64,000 bases of DNA from contig CAVNZM010000001.1 of assembly GCA_963693365.1 (NCBI GenBank), positions 2,620,907 through 2,684,906 on the forward strand, given 5' to 3'. Both the position numbers and the translations under genes were made by a program. Under the pieces are notes generated by a model. That model was not told where the DNA came from. It did no database searches and saw only the letters and a list, made by a program, of their open reading frames with translations. The stretch's first letter is position 1; each line of letters begins with the position of its first letter. This stretch comes from Amoebidium appalachense. Taxonomy: Eukaryota; Protista; Ichthyosporea. This document shows positions 1 through 15,146 of this stretch, one piece after another.

Positions 1-117
1 GGGCTCGGAGGAGCAAAGGAACGAGTTCTGCAAACACTTCACTGAGGTAATGCTGTGCTCTCTCTGCACATACCATACGTAGTTTGGGGGTGTATATGGA
101 GTGAGAAAGAGAGAGAG

Positions 118-184
<67 letters not shown>

Positions 185-407
185 TATTGTTTTTTTTGGT
201 TTGTTTTGTTTTGTTTTCTTTTCTTTTTTTTTTTCTTTCTTTTCTTTTTTTTTTTTTTTTTGTTTGTTTGGGGGGGGGGGGGGGGGGGGGGGGGGATGGG
301 TGAAAAGGGGGAGAAGGGGGGGGGTTAACGGTCCGTGTGTGCGTGTACAGTGGCAAGTGCGTGTACAAGGAGCCGTGTGTGTATTTGAGCACGTGCTGGT
401 GTGCGTA

Positions 408-515
408 TGTGCCTGTGCATATGCCTGTGTGTGTATGTGCCTGTGCATATGCCTGTGTGTGTATGTGCCTGTGCATATGCCTGTGTGTGTATGTGCCTGT
501 GCATATGCCTGTGTG
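408..515. repeat. Minisatellite, ~28-bp unit GTGCCTGTGCATATGCCTGTGTGTGTAT, about 4 copies
   Basis: Direct tandem repetition visible in the sequence. Confidence 0.85.
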
Positions 516-996
516 CGTACGCAAGTCAAAGCTGGAGCACTGTGGATGACATAGGGCCTTCCTGAAGATGTGCTCTGGTTCAATTAATGCAAACTCATAA
601 ATTTGGAGGTGTGCTTGCAATCTGCATTGTGTTGCCCGTGTAAACCTGTGCGCTCTGTAATGCATTATATCCCCCCCCCCCCCCCCCCCCCCCCCCCTTC
701 TGAATGGGACAATTTGCTCAGCTAACACCATCTTTTTCTCTCGGCCTCTTTCGTCCCCCCCCCCCCCCTCCCCCCCCCCCCCCCCCATGTGTCTCCCTTA
801 CCTCCACTTCTACACAGGCATGCACACCTGGATTCTTCACCCGCTGTGACTGACAGCATCGGCTCGTGCTTGCTTGCATGCTTGTGTACACTACCCCGTG
901 ACCTTTCACCTCTCCTCGACCCTAACCCCCCAAACCCCAAGCCGGCCCTTGACCCCTTCCCCCCCCCCCCTCCTCATTACCCAACACACACACAGA

Positions 997-1027
<31 letters not shown>

Positions 1028-1098
1028 TACACACACACACATACCCACACACACTGACACTCACAAAAGAACAAAAAGAAACACACGAACACACAAAT

Positions 1099-1183
<85 letters not shown>

Positions 1184-1443
1184 CTCAACCCATGCCTTTC
1201 CGCCTTTTATATTCCTTGCTAACCCCGTCTCCCATGGCCATATAGATCTCCCCCCCCCCCCCTTCCCCCCCTCCTCCCCCCCCCCCCCCCCCCCCCTCAA
1301 AAAAAATAAAATAATAAAATATATACGGCAATCCACACCTGAATGCAAACACGCTTATCTCATTACTGACTTTTCAGCACACACAGCTACGGGTTGGGTC
1401 CACCCCCTTGTTTACAGTCATGGAGTCCATGCCCCACTATTAC

Positions 1444-1596
1444 CAGGTGGGTCTGTGGTGCATTGCATGCGGCCTCTCTTTCTTCCTTTTTTGCTTTCAC
1501 CTTTTGTGATTTTGGGGCTTTGCGGTGTCTTGGTTTTGGTTTGTCGTTCGACTTGACCCTCATCGTGACGGCCAGGTTATTGGTTCTGGAAGATTG
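1444..1596 (-). CDS. Possible internal exon of an unidentified spliced minus-strand gene
   Basis: A pyrimidine tract and AAG precede an open Lys-rich frame (QSSRTNNLAVTMRVKSNDKPKPRHRKAPKSQKVKAKKEERE...) that ends at CTG|GTAATA. No recognisable homology, and no full model could be built. Confidence 0.25.
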
Positions 1597-1688
1597 CTTG
1601 AGAGGAGGAGAAGGGGGGGGGGGGTTACTGACATGAGATTTCTACAATTTGCCTTCTTTTCTCTTTTTCTCTAGAAGTGGAAGGAGCG

Positions 1689-1719
<31 letters not shown>

Positions 1720-2585
1720 GGGGGGGGGTTAGTTTGTGCTAGCTGACATACAGGTTTATACTTTATTGGGTTGACAGAGGAGGAGAGGGTGTGGTATGAG
1801 AGATAGGATAGGGTGTGGTATGCATAGTTTACACGTGGATGCATGGGGTGGGGGGCTGAGTCGAGGTGGGCGGAGTGATTAGTTTTTTTTTTTTCTTGGG
1901 GGGGGGGGGGGGGGGGGGGGGGGGAGGGGGGGGGAGGGGGGTCATTTGACAATCAGGGAGTGTTTGGGGGGGGGGGGGGGGGGAGGGGGGGCTGGTATCA
2001 TGTTTATGGGGTGTAGGGAGGGAGGTGGGGACGTATTGGTGGATGTATGGGTGATGGCATGTGAGATCTCTGTTGAGTTTTTTTTTGTTTTTCTTTCATC
2101 TATTTTCAAATTTTTTGTTGTTATTGTTTTTGGTGTGTGTGTGGGGGGGGGGGGGGGGAGGGGGGGGGGAGGATAAGTGGGACGTGGTGACTCCAAGCTC
2201 GCTATAACACAGTTCATGTACAACCAGACACAGACTCAATCAAAGTGTCTTTTGTGGGTCGTGGTGTGTGTGTGTGGTCTATGTGTGTGTGTGTGTGTGC
2301 GTGCGTGCGTGTGTGCGTGCGTGCGTGCGTGTGTGCGTGCGTGCGTGCGTGCGTGCGTGCATCCGTGCATCCGTGCATCCGTGCATCCGTGCGTGCGTGC
2401 GTGTTGGGGAGGTAGTGGAGTTTAGAAGGGGGGATCAACACGTGTGAGTTAACCAGTGATTGTGTGTGCAGGAGGGGAATACACAGATTACGAGAGTACC
2501 TTCAGTACAAGAAGATGATGAGAGGGATGACGAATATGACTTTGTATGAGCGTGGGGGATAGGAGACACCGGGTGGGGGGTGGGG

Positions 2586-2624
<39 letters not shown>

Positions 2625-2712
2625 AGGATGTGTTACAAACTTGTAAGTACACATTACTTCTGTCAACACAACGCAAACTGCAAAGCCCACATAAATAGTT
2701 TTTTTTTTTTTT

Positions 2713-2756
<44 letters not shown>

Positions 2757-3393
2757 AGGAAGAATATCGGTGGAGGTATGTGAAGCATTTGCTAGGGCAA
2801 GCATTGGATGGTTCTGCATCTTGTTCAGTATATTATACATTTTATGTTTTCGGTTCAACACTATCTTGCGGTTTTGTAGCCGAGAGAGGGGGGGGGGGGG
2901 GGGGAGGGGGGGGATCGAGGGATATTTGATGTACGTATGTCGAACCTTTTTTTTTTTTTTAATAGTTGACGTGACCTGGTGTGCTTCACACTTGCACCGT
3001 GTACATACGATCACCACACAGTGACATAAATGTAACTTAGCCCGCTTGGTGGGCAGTGCTTGGCCACGGGACTATGTGTAAGAAAGACGTTCAAGTTCAG
3101 TTGACATATATATTTCGACGCATCTAATAAATGCGTAGCTTCAGTTGTGACGCAAAGTCATACAAAAAAGGTTAAGCCCGTTAGGCTAGCTCGTGTGTGC
3201 ACCCATATATTTGGGCCTCTGATGCTTGCCGGTGTAAGATGCCAAGAGAACTCAGATCTGCCCTATGCGAGAAAACATGCCGGCCGAGGGAGCGAAAAAT
3301 CCGACCTTTCCTTCTCCCCTCACCCAACCACCCACTCGCCCACCGCCACCCCACACACACACTCACACACACACAGACCGTGTGACACCCCCA

Positions 3394-3536
<143 letters not shown>

Positions 3537-5299
3537 GAAAAGAAATGAAAGAAAAGAGGGCAATGAAAGAAAGAACAACTCACACAAGTCCTAAAAGAAA
3601 TTGAAAAGGGGGAGGTAATACAGTGTGTATACGCACTGCCTTGGCTCTGTGCAGCCTCATACTAACGCAAGTTCTCATTTGGTCATGGGGGATCTCGATG
3701 GCTCTACATTATTGTAGATGCTCGTTCGCAAGTGTGCTATTGTGAGTGCATCAGGGCATGAATGAATGCATGCAACTACCAAAGCGTGTGTACAGGAGGC
3801 CTTTTCGTTTGAATTATGGTAGTAGATTAGTGACGTAGGAACAAGCCCGGTCAGGTTCATCCTTACTCCGGGGAAAAAAAAAGACCGGGTTGTCTTCACT
3901 CAGAGGTAGGGGTTCAAACACAACATTCCGAGCATCCACGCCCACATCAGCATCCCGTACTAACTACAATAGACATGGACTTACGTGCATACCATTATAA
4001 CAGATGCCCCTTTTTAAGCAACACTAGGAGTCCTTACACAGTAATGGAAATAGACGGTACAAATCATGTCCACGTTGTAGAGCTGAATAGTGAAGTGACC
4101 AGGCCCCGCGAAATACAGGGATCGACACTTCCACCTAAGGTATCATAGGTCAATCAAGGCGTGCGTGCACACATGCAACAAGAATATATTTGGTAGTAGT
4201 CTCGCTCAAAGATAACCATATTGAACTTCTACGCGTTGACCGTTTACTTTCTGTTCAGCTGCATCACACTTTGTGAAACTATCGAAGCAAAGCAAACCAC
4301 AAAACACGTGGCCAACTGAACGGAGGAGCACTACATTCCAACCATTCCTACAGACTCGATGCGCCAATCCACTGCGAGAGGCTACCGAATCGACCAATCG
4401 CTACATGACTCTTTATTACCAGGCTTATCGTCTGGTATGTGGACTGACATGTTTAGGTTTTTAAATCTTTTTTCCTATTCGTATGTTAGTCGCTAATGGT
4501 TTGATGTAAACAATGCAACACCTTGTTTCATCTCAACCCGGTATATCTATCTTTCAGCGTTTAGGGCCAAAATAACAGTGTAAAAATCTTTTTTACACTT
4601 ATTTTTTCATTATATCGCAACATTACAATCAGCAACTAGGTCCAACATATTTAAACCTAGAGCAGCCTCAGGTCGTCGAAGTTCTCGTGTCAATTTAAAA
4701 TCACGTACGACTTTGTTCGTGTCGAGACGAGCCCGAAATCCTGTTCGTTGTGCCGGATGGTCCCGGCCGTCGTGTGTCTCGGGTTTTGCAGCCTCAGTTC
4801 CTCGTGTGGAGGGCCCAAACCTCATGAAACATGTGGAAAATTGTTCAGCTGGCACAGCAAAAACTTGCGTGCTTGTAGGATTTTATCGGTTTGAAAGAGT
4901 GAATGTGTAAGGAAACACAGCCTTCAGTTAATGCAGGCAACCTTTAGTAGTCTCTGGCCGAGGAAACACACACAGGGGCACCATCTTTGAAACAGGAGAA
5001 AGAACCAAAAAACAACCCATATCCACTCTTTCATGTGACACTGCTTCCAGCCTTTTCTGTCGCTCATAATAGTTTTTCTGTAGGCAAAACCATTATACCT
5101 AGCTAAGTATCAGCTAGGGGGTGTCTGAAACAACTGCGGGGGCAGACCAGACACCTTTCCAACGTTATCCGACCTGGATTTCGTCGATATTCAACATAAA
5201 GAAACAGAAACACACATAGATAGTTTATCTCTGTGCAGTGGGACAGGCCATGAGAGCGGGGAGATGGTTTCCTGGCTGGGTGCCTCCTGAGACTCGGAC

Positions 5300-5394
5300 A
5301 TGCAGCTGCTGCGTGCTGCGCTCACCGCTGCCCTGTGCGCGTTACGCCCAGCAATAGGTAAAAATTGCCCCACGTGTGCGTGTCAAACAAATGT

Positions 5395-5450
<56 letters not shown>

Positions 5451-5482
5451 AATTGTCGGTGCCTGTGTCATTTGATCCGGTA

Positions 5483-5575
<93 letters not shown>

Positions 5576-6558
5576 ATGTATGGCGTGTGCATGTACGTGT
5601 ATTTTTGTGTTGTATGTGTGCATGTGTGTCACAGCATGTACCCATGTGTATCCTGCATGTAGGTGGTTTGTGCCAGTGTGTGTGTATTTGTATGTGTACG
5701 TGTGTGTGTGTGTGTGTGTGTGTGCGTGTGCGTATGGTGTGTGTGTGCTTGTGCTGCCGCAGGTGTGTGTGCACGTCACAGTGTGTGTGTGTGTGTGTGT
5801 GTGTTCCGATGTGCGTATGTGTGTTCATTGCTTCAGTGCTTTATGCAATGTGTTTAATATGACGTATGTGTTAGTGACCGTGCCACGGTTAGGCTTGTGT
5901 TTTTCTCTGTTGATCGCATAAGCTGACTTGCGCTAACCACCCGTAGTTAAATGTGATTCTTTTTTGATCTTTCAGAATAGCTAGTTGGGCATCTGTTTAA
6001 AAGTTTTCTGCAGATTTTTTTTGCGACATATATTCCTCGTGTTTTCTATTTTCTACGTGTGTGCATGCTCGTGTGGTTCCACGTGCTCTGAACATGGTGA
6101 GTAGAAAACAAACATCATGATTTTTTTTAAGTCTGGATGATGGTTTTGATAGTCGGCTGCTGTGGAAAACCTCTGTGTAGCCCGTGTGTTATTAGGGTGT
6201 ATTGCCGTGTATCTCGTTTCTCTAAAGCTTCAATCGGATCTATGGACCATCGAATTGTTGTTTTTCTTCTTTTTCTTCTTTTTTTTTGTGGGGGGAGGGG
6301 GGGAGGGGGGGGGGGGGGGGGGGGGGAACCTTTCATGCTGTGTAGCTGTCCCTGATGAATAGGTAGTTACCGTTAGTTAACCGGCCATGTGTGTATGTGG
6401 TGCAGGGGAATATGAATGTATCAAAGAATATGTTGGAATCAAGTGCTCGATTATATGGATAGTGGACCTGCACACTTTAAGGTCATTGGTCCAGCTTCCT
6501 GCGCTACTCCTGGCACTCTCCGTCTTTCCATTCCTTGCTCACCCCCTCTTCCCTTCAA

Positions 6559-6589
<31 letters not shown>

Positions 6590-6656
6590 ACACACTACCA
6601 CCCCCACCATCCCCCCCCCCCCCCCCCTCCCCTCCTCAGCCTTTCCTCCTCATAAA

Positions 6657-6731
<75 letters not shown>

Positions 6732-9275
6732 CAACACAAACACAACCACAATCACAATCAGGCACACACACACACACACACATGCATACAGTATATACAC
6801 ACACTGGGTACTGGGGGTTATAGAGTGTCATGAGAGCATTTTCAGACTGCTCGTCATGGTGTATATTATCATTGGTGACAGGGTGTTTGTGGTTTTTGTC
6901 CTATCTTCTTTTCATGCGTGTAAGAAAGTGGTGGAGCGGAGGTGCAGGGGGTAATGGAACAAGTAACTGACACAGTGAGGGGGAGCAGTTGCAGCTGAGA
7001 TGCAGGCGGGGAGGGCAGGGAGTAATTCCGTACGGTTGCAGCGCAGCAGCGGATTGGTGGAGCTTCTTGGGGACCGCCACACCTCCCCCCTGGCAGTCTT
7101 TGGGGCCGCAAAGTCGATCCCAAAGGCAACCGTACAGAGGAGGTAGGCTATGTGAATCAATTATGACCCTCCCCCCCCCCCCCCCCCCCCCCCAACATAC
7201 ACACACACATAGACGCGCGCACACACATACACACATAGACACGCACACACACACACACACACACAGACACACATACACACACCGTGCACGCATCCCCCTC
7301 CCCCCTCTCCTCCCCCCCCCCCCCCCCCCCACAAAAGAAAAATAAAAAATAATCTAAAGGTTGCGATGCTCCGGCAGGTTGACAAAATACTTGTCTGATC
7401 AGAAGATGGTGCATGTAAGAACCGTATTGTGGTTTAGATTTTACATTCATGCAGTAAACTTAGAAAGCATAACAAAACACAAACGTGTCATGCTCATAGG
7501 TTGTCTCTGGGTGTCTCCCTTTACCTTTCTTGCGTCTGGAGGTCATGTAAACGGAGAGGGGTGGTATTAATAAATGGGAACATGGTATCTAACCCACTTC
7601 AATGTCGGGTGAAAGTATAGTGGGTATGTCCTGTGATGTGCTTACTGGGAGCTCCCGTCCATGTGTGTATGGGTACGTGGGTGGGTGGGTGAGTGTCCTT
7701 GGGAATGTGCCTGTGTATGTTTTTGGGAGTTTTTTGTTTTTTTTTGTTTCTTTTTTTTTTGGGCCCAGGGGGGGGGGGGGAGGGGGGGGGGGGGGGGTAG
7801 CATGTTTAGCCATCAATATATGTATAAGCCTCTCACCCACTAACCTGTGTGCACTGCAGAGCAACATCAGTGCGGCTATGTGGCCAGGTGGCGGTCTACT
7901 TCTTCACTGAGCCCGAGTACAGAGGATTAAATACTGCACTAAGGTAGAACTCCCTAAACACCTACACAACACATACGAATGCATGCACACCCTTGCACAC
8001 ACACACACATATACACACACACAAAGTATTCTTTACCTCTTGCACATGTGCTCTCATAACTCGACAACACACACAGGCACACGCAGGCACTTACACAGTT
8101 AAATATTCACACGTGGCTGTGATCATGGGCCGGACCTTATTGTGCAGTTCGCTTCAAAATTCTACCACTGTGCCTATGCATGTACACGCGGAGTAACATG
8201 GTTTGCATTGGATTCTGTCGTGTTGTTCCTGGGAGAGAGGGGGGGGGGGGGGGGGGGGGGGGGGGATGGGAACGACGGGAACAAATAAGTATTGTTGTGC
8301 TCGTGCCTACACCCTGCATCTGTGTGCATATGTCATGGATGAAGGGCTGGAGTTCATGCTCTCGACTTGAGCTGACATGCACATGTGCCCATCTGCAGGC
8401 TCAACCAAAGCACAATCGATGACTGCACCGTACAACCAATAGGAGACAACGTGGCAAAGCACATCCAATCACTGATCGTTTTGACGCACGAACCGACCCT
8501 ATGCAACAAAATTGAATACAGCCACAACGAATGCATTACGGGGTATAAATGTATCACCGACTGTGAATGTGACGGTCTACGTACGTGCGGCCCAACCGGC
8601 AAATGCCAGGGACACGTGGGCAAAGACCCACACAGTTTCGGCCAATCATGTACCTCACCACATTACCTGTTTAGGGGAGACACTCATGGAGGAAGCACGT
8701 TGATTGGTCAATTGTCATCCAACCGCGAGAACCAACACGAGGGAGAGTCGTTTAGCAGACCTAGGAATAGCCAATCAGATCAGCCGGCTGCTTCGACCAC
8801 CGATTCGATTGGTCGATGCAGTGATGACTGCGAATGCGACGGCCAACGAAAATGCATCAATGGGCACTGTTCGGGGGAGGCACGAGCCCCATGTAGCGCC
8901 CGAGAACACGTGTTTGACGAAACAAAAACACGGGGAAGATGTATAACAGATTGCGAGTGCGGGGGCACGCGCATCTGCAACCGCTATGGAATGTGCCAGG
9001 CACACACGTGCAGATCATTCAACCATTTTTTCCACGAACACCCTTCGGGCACGTGCACGGACGATTGTCAATGTGACGGGCAGAGGCGGTGTGTTGAGGG
9101 AAAATGTGCGGGATTTGCACGGCATTGCTTGAGCCCCAATTATGAGTACGATGAGGGAAGGATGGGGGGGAGGTGTCGGGATGATTGTGGGTGCAACGGT
9201 ATGCGATATTGTGGACCGTATGGGTTTTGTGCGGAACCATTACCGCGACCGGATAGAACGGTGCTAATCAGGTAA
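5300..9275 (+). CDS. Probably secreted cysteine-rich repeat protein with 5 copies of CxxDCxCxGxRxCx(2-3)GxC
   Basis: The last exon 8399-9275 lies in a 296-aa ORF with repeats [52 protein letters not shown] and [13 protein letters not shown]. Proposed upstream exons are 5300-5357 ([19 protein letters not shown], signal-peptide-like, G|GTAAA) and 6989/6995-7142 (AG|GTAGG). Their phases (1, 2) match the TGCAG| acceptor at 8398. The upstream exons are less certain than the last. Confidence 0.75.
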
Positions 9276-10009
9276 CAATAAAATAATAGTTGTGTCGGAA
9301 ATTTATTGAATATAGCGGAAGGACATACAAGTGGGTGGGGCATGGCATACTCACAAGAACGATTGCTCTTCTCCAACACTGGCTTCAGGATAAGGGGATG
9401 CTGTTTAGCATATACACTTAGATGTTCTTAATTGAAGCAAACATCCAACTTCAGATTTTAAAGGTAGCCGTTTGATTTCTGTTTTTAATTTGCTGGGCAC
9501 ATCCTGGCACACAGTAAAAAAGAAAAAACCTGAACTGTTTTCTCCCATACTGTGGTGCCCTATCCTCCCCCCTCCCCCCCTCCCCCTCCCCCCACCACCA
9601 CCACGACCACCATCACCACCCCTGCCCCCGCACCACCCACCCTAACCGCCTTCGCCGAGGGAAAATAGGGAAAGGGAAAATGGGGGCCGCACACAGCCCT
9701 CACACACGCACACACTCCCTCTCTTTGTCTCTCTCTCCTCCCTCGAGGCTCGCTATCACTCTCTTGCGCTCTCTCTCCCGCTAGCACACACAAACGTGTA
9801 CACACACACGCACACACACCCTCTCCCACCATGTTTATAAAATGGGCAATCGAGGCTCGGAAAACCTGTGTCAATGGCTTTCCCGGCCCCCGGGCCTTTC
9901 TAGATCTGTACGTGTGTGTGTGTATGTGCTGGGGAGTGTGTTGGTGGGTGTGTGTTTATGTGCGTACACGCACGCATGTGTGTGTATATGTGTGCACGCA
10001 TGGGCACAC

Positions 10010-10044
<35 letters not shown>

Positions 10045-10932
10045 CGTGTGTGTGTGTATGTGTGCGTGTGTGTGCGTGTGTGCATGCGTGTGTGCGTGCT
10101 TGCGTGCGTGCGTGTGTGCATACGCGTGCGTGCGTGTGCGCGTGTGTGCGTGCATGTGCGTGGTGCGTGAGTGCGTGTGTGTGTGTATCATGTGTGAATG
10201 GAGGTGTTCGTGTTAGTACTCGAAAAAGCGGGGGAAAGCTACTGAGTTCTGATTCCAGTAATATTGTGTGAGTGTACAGTGGTTGGGCATGTCCTGACTG
10301 CCCACACCTCCCTCCTCTCCCCCCCCCCCCACACCCCCAACCCCACCCATGGCCTACTTCTCGCAAGTTCTCTTACCCGAAGAAACTAGGTTCTCAGCTC
10401 GAGGCTAATCAAGAGAAGATAAGCAAGTGATCTGTTTCAATGCTACTATCCAACTTAGTGTAGGTGTGCCGCCAAAGTTGTTTGTGACTGCATTGGTCAA
10501 TCCATTGCAACTTGTGGCACTTGCAGGGAGACATGCGTACTACATGCTGTCTGTTGGAGGGGCCCCGCGGGGGGGGAGGGGAGGGAGGGGGAAGGGGGGG
10601 AGGGGGGAGGAGGGAGGGATGGGGGAGGGGGGACTCGAGTAATGTAATGGGAGGGTTGGGTGGGCAAAGCATCGTATTATCATTATCTACCATGCCCTGG
10701 CGGGTCACTTGGTAGACACCAGCACCACTTCTATTAGTGCGAGAAAAAAAAATATTGGAGCAAGGTGAGCAACCACCATGTACCACAACCTGACTACCTA
10801 GCAATGAAGGCGATGCTCTCAGTTCTTCGTTTGAACCGGTGTACTTGGGTGCTTGGGTAGTTTTTTTTTTTTTTTTTTTTTTTTTTGTTGTGTGTGTGTG
10901 TCTGTCTGTCACGGTGTGTGTGTGTGTGTGGT

Positions 10933-10971
<39 letters not shown>

Positions 10972-11030
10972 GAAGGGGGGGGGATGGGAGGGTGGGAGGG
11001 GAAGAGGGGAAGGGGATGGTGTGTGTGTGT

Positions 11031-11066
<36 letters not shown>

Positions 11067-11341
11067 TTTTTGCTGCCGCCGGGTAGTTTCGATAGATAGT
11101 TTACTGGCCAGTGCTACTGTTTAGTTAAGTAGGACATAGTAATGCATAGTTATGCATAGGATCAGAATGACATTTGGTAAAACCCATTATCAGTCATTTG
11201 TGAATACTATGGATAACGATTTTCCTCGAGCTCCGAGGTCCAATTTTTTCACGGATTAAACATATAGGGAAGAGAAAACACGCCAATTATGATTTCTCGC
11301 CTTCATAATTAGTTCAAGTCATCGAGCTAAACCTAACCTAA

Positions 11342-11823
11342 TCACGATTTCTTCCCAGGAAACAACTGCCGATAGAGTTTGGGATCGCGCCACCACGTTC
11401 CCGTACTGATATGCCTCGGGTTGTTTTTTCTCACCACCACCGCCCCCTTAACAAGTGTGTTTTCAGGCCCGCCAAACGCAGTTTCTGTGAGCACATCTGG
11501 GCCGGTAGTGTAGATCACATAGTAGAGTTGACCTCTACCCGGTGGTTTGACGCTATCGAGATTGTTGCCAAGAAGGTTGTTGGTGAGTACGCGGAATGAT
11601 TGAAGGTGGATGGCGGCTAGTACCTGTGTGTGTGAGGGGTAAAGGGGATGAGTAAGTTTGGGTGGGTGGGTAGGTGATGGTTTGTAATGACGCGGTGGTA
11701 TCACTTAGCCTTAGTTCCATGCGAGTGCGTACTCGTGTATGTGCACATCATGTATAAGGCCTATGCAACCCGTAATGTGCATGTTTTCTTTTACATCTCG
11801 GCATTTTTCTAAGGGCTTTGTGT

Positions 11824-11881
<58 letters not shown>

Positions 11882-11911
11882 GGGGAAGGGGGGGGAGGGG
11901 AATGGGTGGGT

Positions 11912-11954
<43 letters not shown>

Positions 11955-12867
11955 TTTTGAAGAGTGAGAGAGTGCCGGAAATGGGTGACGGATGCGAGGA
12001 GGAGGTGAATGGGTGGAGAGTGTCAGAAAGAAGGCCTAGGAGGGAGGGAGGGGGAGGAGGGATGGGGTGGGGTGAGGAAGGGAGGGAGGGAGTTCGAGGG
12101 AGAGACGGGAGAGAGAGTGTGTGTGTGTGTTTGAGCGTTATTTTGTGTTTTGGGGGGAGGGGTCTATGTTTAGAGCCTACTTGTAGGAGGGCAAACTTTT
12201 GTTAATTTTGACCGCAAAAGCCAAATGCATCAACACGACTATGCCTATGTACGAATATTGGGCATGTTATATTATATAGTATATCAACTGTTTGCCATGG
12301 TGCATTTACTTTCCGCAACGTGGTAAGAATGTTAAGCCCAGTAATCACCTTCCAACCTTCATTCTCCCTCCCCCTCCCCCCACCCACCCACCCCTCCCTT
12401 CCTCTTTCTGATACCTTTCACCCATTTCCCCCCTCCCCTCTTTCATCCGTACACTGTGACATTTAAGTTACCTGGGGGGCACGGGGCAGTGCAAACAGTG
12501 CATAGTTTGCAAGGCGGGTGCGCAGTTCAGTCTGGCCGTGCCTGATTGGGTGCACCATCTTGTACATCATTGCAGCAACACCAAGCTCAATTTCGTGGAA
12601 GTACGCCACCTGTTGGTGGGAGGGGGCAGAAGGGGGAGGGGGTGGGGGGGGGAGGGGGTGGGGGAGGAGGGGGGGGGGGGGGGGGGGGGGGGAGGATGTG
12701 GGGAAGGGGAAAAGAGTGGTATAGGTGGGGATGCAAGATGGTTGTGATGATGTGAGGTAACTTTTAAATAGCGAAGAAGGGGGGTTATACGGTAGTGGGG
12801 TCCCTGGGAAGATGACGGGCCAGCGGCTAAGCTGGCAAGGGGGCAAGGGGGTGGGTGGGTAGAAGAG

Positions 12868-12898
<31 letters not shown>

Positions 12899-15146
12899 AG
12901 ATAAGATAGACTCGTAAGTGCCGGAGCAGCATGAGCCGTAGTTGTGCTTGTATCAGGTGTAGGTATTACCGTGTACATGCATGCTAGTGCACACTGCTCA
13001 TATCACTGTGGGGGAGGCAGGGATCGAAAACCACACAGAGGTAAAAAAATCAACGTGGCCCCGTGTTAACAAAAAATGCGGAAAAGCAAGTGCGGAAAAG
13101 CAATCTGATAGTAAATAAAGAAATCTAGTTTTTTTTCCGGGGGGGGGGGGGGGGGGGTCTAGGACTTTGATAAATGCTGTGAGCAAGAACATCAGTGGGC
13201 AGTGATGGTTGTTGCACGAGGAAATTGGGCAAAGAGTTGCAAGTGTACAGCTTGCAGTGGAGATCACATGTGCCCGTACACAGCGAATATTTGCGAAAAT
13301 GAACACTGCATAGTAGTAACCACGATCACATTTCATCTTAAGCCTAATTTCTGGCACGCTAGTATTAGCCCATGTACCAAACAAGTAAGGCAAGTCAAAC
13401 ACTACGTACCTCCCGTTTCTGTGCTCCTGGCCATGCACATTGATCAATATAAAAAAAGACTGCGACCGAATCACGGTCACATACCCCCCACCTCCCCCGC
13501 CCCCCCTTCCCCACAACCACCCCCCTACAATACCCCTCAATTCACCTTCACCATTTCCCCTTCCCCCTTCTTCCTTCCCCTATCCTTTCATTCCCTCACC
13601 CCAATCCTGCGCTCCAACCCCACCCCTCAGTTCCCCTTCCCTCTTCCCCTGCCCCCTCCTTCCTGCCCCTCGCCTCCCCTTCCACCCCACCTCCCCTCCA
13701 CCCCATCTCTCAATTCCCTTTCCTCCTTCCCCCTTAACCCTTCCCCCCCCCCCCCCCCCCCTTCGCCTCCCCTTCTGCCCCACCTACCCTCCACCCCATC
13801 CCTCAATTCCCTTTCCTCCTTCCCCCTTAACCCTTCCCCCCCCCCCCCCCCCTTCCCCCTCTTCCTTTTCCCCCCTCCCTGCAAACCCCCACACCCACAC
13901 TCTTCCTCCCACTCCGCAAAGAAAGCCTCAGTATTACTTGGCAAATCCTGTTCCAGGGACACCATGCTTCACCACAATATGTGCACACACGCACGCATGA
14001 CACCTCACAGACTTAGTTATGCGATGCTTGTGCGCACGCACAAAACCAATATTAGCAGACATGAATGCGACAGCACAAGCACAAAACGTTACCCTAGGAT
14101 CAACTACTAGCATCCACACGTGCATACACACACTTCCTCCTCCCCAACCCTCCCCTCCGGTCCCCCACCAACAAAAAAGAAGAAAGATAAGAGGAAGCAC
14201 AGCTCAAGGAAAAGCAGTAGTTTTCTAAACGTGCTGTTGTAAAGAAAAATCACAGTAATACGACTTGTGATTTTCAAGCGCTTACCTGGTGGTTGCTTGG
14301 GTCGAACCCGTTTGAGCCCAGAATGCACTCTATTGAGCAATTTGTAGGTGCAACGACATCTGTGTCGATATACAGCCCTCCGTAGTGATAGAGGATAAGG
14401 TTCCGTGCTATGTCCCACTTCTGTATGTCCCCACAAACAGTGAGAACGCGTTGAAATTCTGGGAAATGCTCCGAAACCAACCGATTTATGTCGTTTTCCG
14501 TGTGCACCATCATTTTCCACCGGGGGTTCAGCCTGCGCCACAGAGCAAGACGAGTTCTTGGTTCCTCGTTTACGTTGCAGTTTCCAGCACACACGACGTG
14601 TATGGTTTTTACTCCTTGCGGCAGAACTTTGTCAAGATACAGGTGGTGTTTTTCTGGAAAAGTGGGAATAGAAGGTGTCCGCTGTTCGATTAGTGTCTTT
14701 ATGCTTCTACACACGGTGTCGGTGTCTACGTGCTCCGTGTCATCTCTATGAGGGGTGAGAAAACTGAGTTCTGAGCAGGAGTAAGGGAGCTGGGAGATAG
14801 CAAACGGGTCCTTAGCATTTGAGCTAGCCAAAGGTGGGAAAGTGTATTGAGGTGCCAATAGCATCCCTTTACCGTGCTTGATTTCGTTTTTCAGGTGGGG
14901 GTTGTGGAGGTTTGTTCCCTTGTTGTTCTGTGCACGCGTGTGTTTCCCTTCGAAGACAACTGTTGCTTGGTGAAGACCTACGGAGGGGCAAAGAGAAGCG
15001 ATAAATGCCAACTGGATAAGGAGAACAGCACAAACGACAAAAGAGCGAAACAATGTCAAAGAGGAGCGACCTTTTCTCGACTCTCCACCCAAACCAGAAG
15101 CGTTTTGAGGCGACTCTGCATGTCCTAGCGTCTTAGCTAGTGCCAT
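11342..15146 (-). CDS. Glycosyltransferase family 32 (DXD motif, Och1/Sur1-like), type II membrane protein, ~426 aa
   Basis: Exons 15146-14286, 12609-12472 and 11623-11342 with GT-AG phase-0 junctions. N-terminal TM segment FVVCAVLLIQLAFIASL. Motifs WRRLNPRW, KWDIARNLILYHYGGLYIDTDV, TTGPDVLT and HISTGTW are typical of GT32. Confidence 0.9.
13664..13860. repeat. Tandem duplication of a ~96-bp pyrimidine-rich unit in GT32 intron 1
   Basis: CCTCCACCCCATC..TCAATTCCCTTTCCTCCTTCCCCCTTAACCCTTCCCCC occurs twice in tandem. Confidence 0.8.
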
